From: Trypanosoma brucei
Taxonomy: Eukaryota
Assembly (NCBI GenBank): GCA_000002445.1
Contig: CH464491.1
Location: 2,496,001-2,560,000 of the forward strand
DNA length: 64,000 bases
Direction: 5' to 3'
Positions 1-8,311 of the stretch are shown piece after piece. The number at the start of each line of letters is the position of its first letter. Position 1 is the first letter of the stretch. The translations under genes were made by a program, and so were the position numbers. A model generated the notes under the pieces. That model made no database searches, had not been told where the DNA came from, and saw only the letters and a program-made list of their open reading frames with translations.

Positions 1-729
1 TAAGGTTATGCGCGTAGGTTGAAGAACTCTAACATTACGTGAATCCACTGTTGTGATCACGCGAATAAAAACATTGATGATGGTGACACTTGAGCTACCG
101 GTTAGCATACCGAGCGTGGAATTTCTTGGGTTGTGACTTCCGCATGCACGGAAGGATGGGCGCAGCATCATTGAGTCCAGAACGCGTGGGTTTGCGGCGA
201 GTGGTTGACGCTAACAGAAATCATCACCGAGGTAACTTTTGAGAAGGATACAGAAGTTTGTTTGTGTGTGTGAAGCGTGGTGTCGCCACTGAGGATGTTT
301 CTGGTGATACTTTCTGGCCACGAAAGGCTGATCCTTTTTATCGCCTAGTATTTCCATATTATTGATGACCGTTACTCTTCCCTTCACACAGGGTCACACA
401 CGGCATATTCAATTCTTGAGTATAACAACTCTCACGCTTGCCTTCGTTTTCGTTATCATTCTTGATTATCCTGTGCATAGTACTAGGTAAGTAGAAGTCA
501 GAATCAATTTCAGTGACTAGAATTGTTCCGTTTCCCACCTGTGGGAAAAGTTACCTATCCGTTAGGTTATATTCGCTTCGTTGTACATATACACAAGCAC
601 TCGAACATTTTTATTTCGTTTTTGTTTTCAGGATAGTGTCGGTGTTTTGTTTTTACCTTTTCGAAGTTTAGTGGTATACTCTGTTGCTCACACTTTTGCT
701 CGTGCGCACCTTTGAGTTCGCTTGGCTAA

Positions 730-3021
730 ATGCTACAAAAGGAGGTATTGGGCTCAAATGCGAATTCCTCCACGGTTCTTGTAAAGGACACAGAGGCTGG
801 AGGGGAACTCCGCGTTGTTAAGCGAATCAACGTCACCTCGTGGGCGGAATCCGATGTGGACAAAACACTCGAGACGTACAACGCTATTGCTTCGGCAAAT
901 ATACCGAATATGGTTAAGTTGTACGTGGCCATGCGGCAGAGCTCCTCCATAAGTGTCGTGAGCTCCTACTGCCTTGGCGAGGAACTGCAGGAGTACCTTG
1001 ACGAGAAAATCTCCTGTCCTTTAGATGAGGTTACTGCCTTGAGGTGGATGCGAAATATAGCGCGGGTCGTGCAACAGGTCCACAACCTTCCCCTCAACAA
1101 CAGGGTGGCATGTTTTCATGGACCTTTAATTGATCGTATTTTTGTTGTGGACGACGGTAAAGAGGTATGCGTAGGTTTGCCACTACCACGCGTCTTGTAC
1201 TTCAAATGGCTTGAGGAGCGTGAGACGTATGGTGTTAAATTGCACCACGAATACCCACCAGAAGTTCTGCGCGGCCGGTATTATTACACCCAAGCAAGCG
1301 ATATTTGGCAGTTAGGACTCGTAGGAATGAAGTTGTTAGCAGCTAACGCCTCATTTGATCGTCGATCAGCCGCCATTCGGACACTTATTGCGTCCATGAT
1401 GAACCCCATAATGAGGAAGCGACCTAACATTGAAGAGGTTAACAGAAAATTGGGGGAAATCACACGGGAACGCAGTATCTCATGCTTGTCGTCTGCGGAT
1501 GTGAATACTCCGACATCGTATGAACGATTTCTCACTCCGCGCTCCGCAGTTATGGAGGAGCCGATCGGAATGACATCGTTGGATGAGTATGACACCTTCA
1601 CCACCGACCTTAGTAAGACGAACTTCGATGAGGTGACCCAAAGCACGCATAAACATGCCTGGCGTAACAGGCTTCAACCAAGTTGGTACAACCAAGCGAT
1701 GAAGCAATTTGAGGAGCTGCAACGGATGAACTCAACCCCGTTAACGTCAAGGTCACGCCCGGCATCACCCACGCCAGCAACTGGTGGAGCTGTATCACCG
1801 CGAGCGAGGAGAGATGCAAAGGCAACAAACGCACGGGACAGGTCGGGTGGAGCTCGGCCATCTCCCCGTCGGCGCGCGTCCTCTTCAACGCTTACCGGAC
1901 CACAAAAAAATCGAACTCTTGAGCGCGTGCCGAGCTCGGCGCGCAGGGACCTTGCGATGCCCAGAATGTTGAATAACATTCCGTCTCAGCGGTCGCGTAA
2001 TGCCCATAGGTTGGAATTGGAAGAAAAAAAGCGAAGGCAACAGGCTCTGGAGCGAGAGGCCCATGCCATGCACCGAGTTCATGAAAATAGGATGCGGGAA
2101 ATCCGTAAGAACCAAGATGAGTCCATGAAACACGATATTCGGAAGTACATCAAGCAGTGGAGAGAGCAGAGCACCGCCGCAAAAGACGATAGCACTTCGT
2201 ATAGCGAACACAATGGTGTGGCAATATTTGTTCCAAAAAATCCACCACCACCGGGGCGGTCACCAAATGTAGACACGAAAGCAAAGCAACAACCACTTAA
2301 TAGTGAAGGGGATACACACAGGAGGGTTTTCTCGGATGAACTCACGCATGCAGCGGCAGGGCCGGTGGTGCATGGAAGCACACCAAGACCCTACAGTGCG
2401 ACACGACACCCGCGGACACCACCATCAGCTACACCGAAGCGCTCAGCATCTATATACCGCATCCGTGGCATTAGCCCCAAGGTGCCGCACTCACGTGCCA
2501 ATCCCTCCGACAGATACAAGGTCACAGAAAGTGCACCCACCACCACTGTGTCGTGTGCAAATCCTTCCAGTAGCAAAAATAGTGGCACGACGGCCTACCA
2601 AACTAGTGAAACCTCGTCCGGTACATATCCGTCAGGAACGAACAGGGCGGGGCAATCAAATTCACGGACAATCTCCGTTCTGGGAGAAGACGCGACTAAA
2701 CCAAGCTGCACAGCTGGTGTGCCAGGCACTAATCGTCTCGCTGCGGAAAGTCTCAGGTGTTCTGCGGGTAGATTGCGGGAAGCACTGGAGAAACTATTAC
2801 CAACCCGCGAGTTGTTCGTTGAGACAATGGAAGTTGTAGATGCCTTCGTGGTGCGCTCAGAGATTGAGCGGTGTAACCCTCGTTTCAACACAGTGTTCAT
2901 GCACACACTTAGGAAGTTAATGAATGATGATGAACTTCTTCTTTCCGCCGTTCCGATGTGTGCGCAGTTAGTTTCGTTGTTGAGTCTGTTGCAAGGAGGC
3001 GAACAGCCTGAGGGGACGTAA
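730..3021 (+). CDS. Protein kinase-like (probable pseudokinase) with an S/T/P/R-rich low-complexity C-terminal half
   Basis: The N-terminal ~280 aa has a kinase-fold layout. It carries a VVKRIN (VAIK-like) lysine region, an APE-like 'YPPEVL' and a subdomain IX-like 'SDIWQLGLVGMKLL'. The Gly-rich loop (no GxGxxG), HRD ('FHGPLIDRIF') and DFG are degenerate. The C-terminal half is R/S/P/T-rich. Confidence 0.65.
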   Translation: MLQKEVLGSNANSSTVLVKDTEAGGELRVVKRINVTSWAESDVDKTLETYNAIASANIPNMVKLYVAMRQSSSISVVSSYCLGEELQEYLDEKISCPLDEVTALRWMRNIARVVQQVHNLPLNNRVACFHGPLIDRIFVVDDGKEVCVGLPLPRVLYFKWLEERETYGVKLHHEYPPEVLRGRYYYTQASDIWQLGLVGMKLLAANASFDRRSAAIRTLIASMMNPIMRKRPNIEEVNRKLGEITRERSISCLSSADVNTPTSYERFLTPRSAVMEEPIGMTSLDEYDTFTTDLSKTNFDEVTQSTHKHAWRNRLQPSWYNQAMKQFEELQRMNSTPLTSRSRPASPTPATGGAVSPRARRDAKATNARDRSGGARPSPRRRASSSTLTGPQKNRTLERVPSSARRDLAMPRMLNNIPSQRSRNAHRLELEEKKRRQQALEREAHAMHRVHENRMREIRKNQDESMKHDIRKYIKQWREQSTAAKDDSTSYSEHNGVAIFVPKNPPPPGRSPNVDTKAKQQPLNSEGDTHRRVFSDELTHAAAGPVVHGSTPRPYSATRHPRTPPSATPKRSASIYRIRGISPKVPHSRANPSDRYKVTESAPTTTVSCANPSSSKNSGTTAYQTSETSSGTYPSGTNRAGQSNSRTISVLGEDATKPSCTAGVPGTNRLAAESLRCSAGRLREALEKLLPTRELFVETMEVVDAFVVRSEIERCNPRFNTVFMHTLRKLMNDDELLLSAVPMCAQLVSLLSLLQGGEQPEGT

Positions 3022-3839
3022 AATTTGAGGAAAGAAGGTGGGGAATAAAGAATGGAGGAAGGAAAGGGGGAGATAGGGACGATGTACGCAAGGTGGAGGT
3101 CGCTGCAGTAGTCACTGCGCTCGCTGTTACGAAGACAGCACGGGCAAGTGATTAACGGTCCAACTAACCGCACCCTTGAAGAGGGAAAACGATGGTAAGG
3201 GTTCCAACTTGTTTTGCTGCACTGCATGTACATATATACAAACTTAGAATTGTGCATGTATCTTGCATTCTTCGTATCTTTTTTGTGTACGTGCGCCTTC
3301 ACGTATCCCTCTCTTTTCCGTCTTCTTCTATCGCTCTGCATGTCCTCTCCTTTATTTTCGACGTGCCACGGGCGCTGTCAACCATTGGAAATGAATTCCA
3401 GCATATTATACGCAAACGCAAACATCCATTTCAGTTTGAATGGGCGGATTTTGGAGGGACGTGATCAGTCTTTTTATGTGTCTCGCAGTTCCGTACCCTT
3501 TCTCTCACACATTGCCGTGTTTTTTTTTGTGATTGCCTAACGTCTTTCAAAAAGGTGGAATTACGACACACGCAAAGGTGTGTCAAGGGTGGATATGAAG
3601 TTGAAGCAAGGGAAAGGAATGAGAATAAATGTAAAAGAGGTAACTGAAGCAGGTGGAGGTGTCTGTAGAAAGGGGGCGCACAACAAGTTGAACATGTGGA
3701 GTATCGTGAAGAATCCCAAAAGAAAACAAGAAAAAAAGAGGAAAACATTTCGCCCTTCTCTTCTTTTTATTTCCCCTCTCCTCCCTTGTTTCTCCTTCAT
3801 TTCAATAGGCTATCATAAAGAATCACTCCAGTTTATTTT

Positions 3840-3925
3840 TCCAGTGTTTCTGCTTCTTTTTCTGGCCCTTCTCTTCTCTTCTCTTCTCTTTTTTGCTTTT
3901 TTTCTTTTTTGTGTGAGCGATTGTT
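3840..3925 (+). promoter_or_regulatory. Long polypyrimidine (CT-rich) tract; candidate trans-splicing/polyadenylation signal in the gene 1 to gene 2 intergenic region
   Basis: A run of 'ttctgcttctttttctggcccttctcttctcttctcttctcttttttgctttttttcttttttgtgtg' on the coding strand of the plus unit. Such tracts guide SL trans-splicing and polyadenylation in trypanosomatids. Confidence 0.4.
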
Positions 3926-4096
3926 GTTATTATTGTTTTCATTACTTTCACTATCATCATCATTATTGACTCGTCCTTATTGGCGGTAAAGGACACCGTG
4001 AGAGAAGAGGGTGAATATTGTTAAAGTTGACGTAATTATGAGCCCTTCAGGAAGGATATTTCCCACCTTGTAGAATTTCATGGGAGTGTACTGTGC

Positions 4097-4114
4097 ATAT
4101 ATATATATATATAT
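4097..4114. repeat. (AT)9 microsatellite
   Basis: Direct reading: 'atatatatatatatatat'. Confidence 0.9.
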
Positions 4115-5453
4115 GGATATGAATAAACATATTTATTACCTACGCAGTCCTGTTAGGCAATGTTTTGATTTGCTGCTGCTGTTGGCATTCCCCCTTCCAA
4201 CTCGATCGTGTGCCCGATTTCATCCCTCTAATTCACTTTCCCTTAAGGCTCATCTCACCTGTGACAGAGTGGGCGGCGCATGAAAATATTTTCCATTAAT
4301 TTTATATGGATGAGTTAAATTCTTTTGTTTCTGCATTTTGATTCTAGTTCGGGTGGGTTGGTGCGGTGCCACTTGTTGAAAGTGGGGTGAAGTATTTTTT
4401 TTTTAGGTTCGTAAACTGCGGCAACGACAGCAGTGACTTCATCATGAAAAGAATCCACTAGTGCGATTGTGACTGCGCGGCCCTTGTGACTTCGGGGCTG
4501 GCGGCACATAATTATCTCTACAGTTGTTTCATCGCATTGGTTTCCTTTTTTTTTCCTGGTTGCCATGGTGTTGGTGGTTCCCCGCACACACTTACCTTTT
4601 CGTTCGTTTTCACTTACTTCCTGCCATCGTGATATCGGTACTACATGAAAGAGGAGAGAGGAAATTTGGGGGGAAACTATGCGATTCTATTTTTGTGAAG
4701 AGCTGGCATTCTTCTTTTATATCGTCCCCTGTTCTGCATGCAGCTTTTCGCATATGCATAAGAGTTGAATGGTGCGGCGATGAGTCGAGAAAAGAAGGTT
4801 GGGGAAACAAAATAATCACGTGAAGGTTGGAAGGAAAAGGGAAAGGGCGGTGGAAGAAGAAACCTTAGAAGGAGAGAAGGCGATGGTAAGTGGCTTTCGA
4901 GAAGCGGAAAGCGACCTACCACGGGGGTAGGGAAATATTTTGTCCACTCTCACAGTTTTTTGTCTGCCTTGTGGTTTTTTTTAACTAGTTATTTTTTAAA
5001 AAGTAAATCACTTTTCAAAGTTGATTGCTTTTGCTCCTTCATTTGCATAATTTAGAACGTAAAGCCCCCACGACTGCTTAGAGAGAGTTCCTGTTGGAGC
5101 CACGAGACGGATGGGAAGGACAAGAAGGGTCGAAACCGTTCAGTGAATCGTACATCACACTTTCCATGATTGCATAGCCACGCACTCGTAAATATAAATA
5201 AATATATATATATTTGCGCTTGCATATGCATATGCATAACCCCACTGAAAACACCTACTTGTGTAATTCACACCTCCAATACTTCCTACACCGCTTATAT
5301 TATTTTTTCCAATACTGCACACTTTGTGGCTTCTGTATTTATCACCTACCATTTGACTGTAGTAGTAAAGTACAGCACAGGGAAATAGTAAGGAGCGATA
5401 AGAGGAAAAACAGACGAGAGCACCGGTTTGTTGCAAGGTATAGCATCGATAGT

Positions 5454-5744
5454 ATGGGAGATTCTGAAGCCACTGCGGCTGCTGCTTTAGAGCAATCCAT
5501 GCGAAGTGGCCGGACCGTGGTTTATTATACTCACCCGCAGAAGCTTCCATCCACATCAAGGGGCCTAACCAATATCGTTTCTGGTGATCAGCAGGGCAGT
5601 GGGGCAGACAGTCGTCATTACAAACATGAAGAGGTTGTCGCGGCGGGTGATTTCTCTTTCCTCCCGTTCCCATCGTATTGTGGAAGGACAACCGCCAACA
5701 CGGTTCTCTACAAGCATTTTCTGTCTTTTGACGTCCACACATGA
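5454..5744 (+). CDS. Candidate small ORF (~96 aa) inside the 3 kb intergenic gap; hypothetical
   Basis: An internal ATG at 5454 (MGDSEATAAAALEQSMRSGRTVVYYTHPQKLP...) sits within the longer ORF 5214..5744. It follows a moderately pyrimidine-rich stretch and has non-repetitive composition. No recognisable domain. Confidence 0.2.
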   Translation: MGDSEATAAAALEQSMRSGRTVVYYTHPQKLPSTSRGLTNIVSGDQQGSGADSRHYKHEEVVAAGDFSFLPFPSYCGRTTANTVLYKHFLSFDVHT

Positions 5745-6086
5745 AGTGAATCTCTCAGATGCACGTTAAATCCTTCGCACGCACTTCCGCCGTTTCCACC
5801 TCACCAAATGACATCCCCCTTTGAGTTTGTCTTTCTGCTGTGTGCGCCCTTTTTTTTTTGTTGTCGCGGCAGCGGACACCTCCGAATGGTGGAAGATCCT
5901 CGGTTCCCGTGATGGTTACTAAACACCTTTCTTGCTCTCACCCTCCATTATTTGTCTTTAACTCTTTAGTATTTAGTGAAACTGCTGCAATTATTGTAAA
6001 TTACTGTCCCCCCCCCTTCGCTCACAACTGTTTGCTCGCTGAAATCGCTGCTGTCACTGCTACCCGGTTCGCACCGATAAAAGGGA

Positions 6087-7769
6087 ATGGGAAACAGGTT
6101 TGAAGGGAGTTCTACAATGGATGATGGCTGCGAGTCGCCCCGTGGTACGTGTGAGCGGCTGGTAGAGGTGAGCGTTTATGACAAGCAGTCGAACGAAATG
6201 CGTGTGTTCAGATGTGATTTGCATTTGCTCGAGTCGTCCATGACGTACTTCACACCTATCATCAAATGTTACCTCGACGAAGAAGAGCGCCAAAAGTCGC
6301 GGGAAGAAAAGTCGTTGGATAGGGCGTCATCGACCGGTGCACGCTCCGTGAAAAACAGCAAGACAAAGGCTCACGAGGCCACCAAGCCGTTGAAGCGAAA
6401 GGGTAAAGAAGAGAAGCCCCCCATACCACTCCATGTCAACTGTGACATGAGCACCTTTTCTTGGCTTATGGCCTACGTGGAGGGGAAGCAACGTTCATTT
6501 ACTCCAAAGAATGCCGTGTCGCTAGCGTTGTCGTCAAACTTTTTGCACATGACACAGTTAGTTGAAATGACCCTCCTTTACATCAAGGATCACCTAGTGG
6601 AGGTTATTCTCTCGGGAGTGAACATGGACTGCTTTACTGGGGAACTATTGGCGAGGCTTGCAAGCATGATGTCGGAGGGCGATGTCGCCAGGGCCTTTCT
6701 AAAACTATTTGACTGGCATGCGGAGGACTCACCAAACCGCCGCTTCCTGACAGCCTTAATCCGACACATGTTGTGCGACCGCTTCGGGGAGGGTCGTCCC
6801 AGTAGTCTTCGGTGGTGTGGTCTCTGTGGTGCTCTTTTTGATCAACAGGAACTACAACACATAGAGCGGCGGTATAAAAATGTTAGGCTCCCTGTGTGCC
6901 CCCGCGTGACTAAGAATTCAGTTGGTCACCGGGGTGAGCTTCTCAAAACCCATGTAGCGTCCAAGCAAGAGGCAAATATCAAGTTTCCCCCACTTTCGTG
7001 GCATGAAAAGGAAGTGGAAGCGTGGGCGTGGCGCGTCGTGGGATCGTTGTACTTGTTTGTCTGCCGCCGTTGCAATTGTTGCGTCTCGCTGACGAACACT
7101 ACCTGCCACTCTTGCCCCGGAGGCACCGCCAACTTTAGCCGCGCTGAAGGAGTGAGTAGTGAAGACGCTGACGCACTTCTTGCGTGGTTCGATTTAGCAA
7201 AGAACTTGTACCCAGGAGGACTACGGCCTATGTACTGCCCAAAAGAGGAGGCAGTGCGTGAACCTTTTCTACTTTTAACCCCCAAGGGTGGGTGGTTATA
7301 CGATGATGAGGGCGACTCAAGCGTGCCAGGTGTGTGGAGCACACATCCAGCTGCAGTGGAAGAGTCCGTTGATGCGAAGGGTTATGTGAATATAGGCGTG
7401 ATGAATGGGTTTGAGCGCTGGTTGATGGAAGAGCTCCAACAAATGATGGAGGACTTTGACCAGTCAGGACTCCACGCAAAGCCGTCCGCAAATCAACACG
7501 GCTCATCTCCTGCACAAGCAGGGCCATACTCACCTAACACTACGATGTCATCTCTTTCCCCAGGGCCGCGTAACATAGTCGGAGGAATCCACGGCGAAGG
7601 CGCCCCCGGCCGACCCGGGCTCCGCGGGGCTAAAGGCGTCGGTGATACGCGAATGAGACCTCTCAGTAATGGGACTGACCTGTCAAGGAAGGTGAAAGAG
7701 GGAGCACCACCAAGTGGGAGGCTGCAGAAGCGTGACAAGTTGGACAGCGGTGCGAGACTGCTTTCTTAG
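6087..7769 (+). CDS. Hypothetical protein with an N-terminal BTB/POZ-like segment and a Cys-rich (zinc-binding-like) central region
   Basis: 'VSVYDKQSNEMRVFRCDLHLLESSMTYFTPII...PIPLHVNCDMSTFSWLMAYVEGKQ...FLHMTQLVEMTLLYIKDHL' follows the BTB fold pattern. Later cysteine clusters include 'CGLCGALF...CPRV' and 'CRRCNCCVSLTNTTCHSCPGG'. The C-terminus is G/P/R-rich and disordered. Confidence 0.55.
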   Translation: MGNRFEGSSTMDDGCESPRGTCERLVEVSVYDKQSNEMRVFRCDLHLLESSMTYFTPIIKCYLDEEERQKSREEKSLDRASSTGARSVKNSKTKAHEATKPLKRKGKEEKPPIPLHVNCDMSTFSWLMAYVEGKQRSFTPKNAVSLALSSNFLHMTQLVEMTLLYIKDHLVEVILSGVNMDCFTGELLARLASMMSEGDVARAFLKLFDWHAEDSPNRRFLTALIRHMLCDRFGEGRPSSLRWCGLCGALFDQQELQHIERRYKNVRLPVCPRVTKNSVGHRGELLKTHVASKQEANIKFPPLSWHEKEVEAWAWRVVGSLYLFVCRRCNCCVSLTNTTCHSCPGGTANFSRAEGVSSEDADALLAWFDLAKNLYPGGLRPMYCPKEEAVREPFLLLTPKGGWLYDDEGDSSVPGVWSTHPAAVEESVDAKGYVNIGVMNGFERWLMEELQQMMEDFDQSGLHAKPSANQHGSSPAQAGPYSPNTTMSSLSPGPRNIVGGIHGEGAPGRPGLRGAKGVGDTRMRPLSNGTDLSRKVKEGAPPSGRLQKRDKLDSGARLLS

Positions 7770-8311
7770 AGCGATCAGTGCGTAAAAACTTTGAGTATGA
7801 TGGTTGCACCAGGTATATCCTCTCAGTAACCTCCATAACCAACTTTGACCTCCGTGATCGCTGACCTGGTGAAGCTGACATCGCGCGATTTCGGTGGCCA
7901 GGAAAGAAGGAAGTGGGTAGATATATAACGGATAAGGGTGCGGCTTCAAGAGAAGAAAAGTATACCTGGTTGCACCCGGTGGGACTTTGTGCCTTCTTAG
8001 CTCCGGTGCGCTGACGGTTGTACGTTGGCTCTATACGTAGCGCATATGCTGCCGTACTCGGCGAGATTTCGAGCATGTAGTTTGATCATTTGTCTAGTAC
8101 GTTCACAGGTCTCCGGCAATGTTTTTGTTTTTCTTTTTACTTGCAAGTGGGTTGTGCTTGTGCTCAATACCCAGCGGGCAATAGTCTTCTGGGCTCACTC
8201 GGCTTACGCCACTGTGTTGGGTCGGCATGCACCTATGTCCCGATGTTGGTTGCATTTTTCTCTTATTCCCTTCCCCCACTGTCTTATTTTACACGTGTAT
8301 TTGTTGCAAAG

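Noticed and set aside
2595-3341. 248-aa minus-strand ORF overlapping the 3' end of the pseudokinase gene
   Set aside because: It is antisense to a supported plus-strand gene in a plus-only transcription unit. Its translation is Ser/Pro/Tyr/Met low-complexity. This is a typical GC-rich antisense artefact.
5155-5742. 195-aa minus-strand ORF in the 3 kb spacer of the plus-strand unit
   Set aside because: Wrong strand for this transcription unit. It overlaps the (also weak) plus-strand small ORF. Its composition is Cys/Trp/Tyr-rich and looks random.
8090-8311. Upstream in-frame extensions given by the ORF track for Pus7 (8090). The same applies to the helicase (12136), PPDC (17466), COQ2 (19001), the 35271..37112 gene (37112) and RFC (56128).
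   Set aside because: The extra N-terminal codons translate pyrimidine-rich spacer sequence (Phe/Leu/Ser/Cys-rich). They precede an ATG that is followed immediately by conserved family motifs or a mitochondrial presequence. I used the downstream ATGs. SL-acceptor mapping would confirm this.
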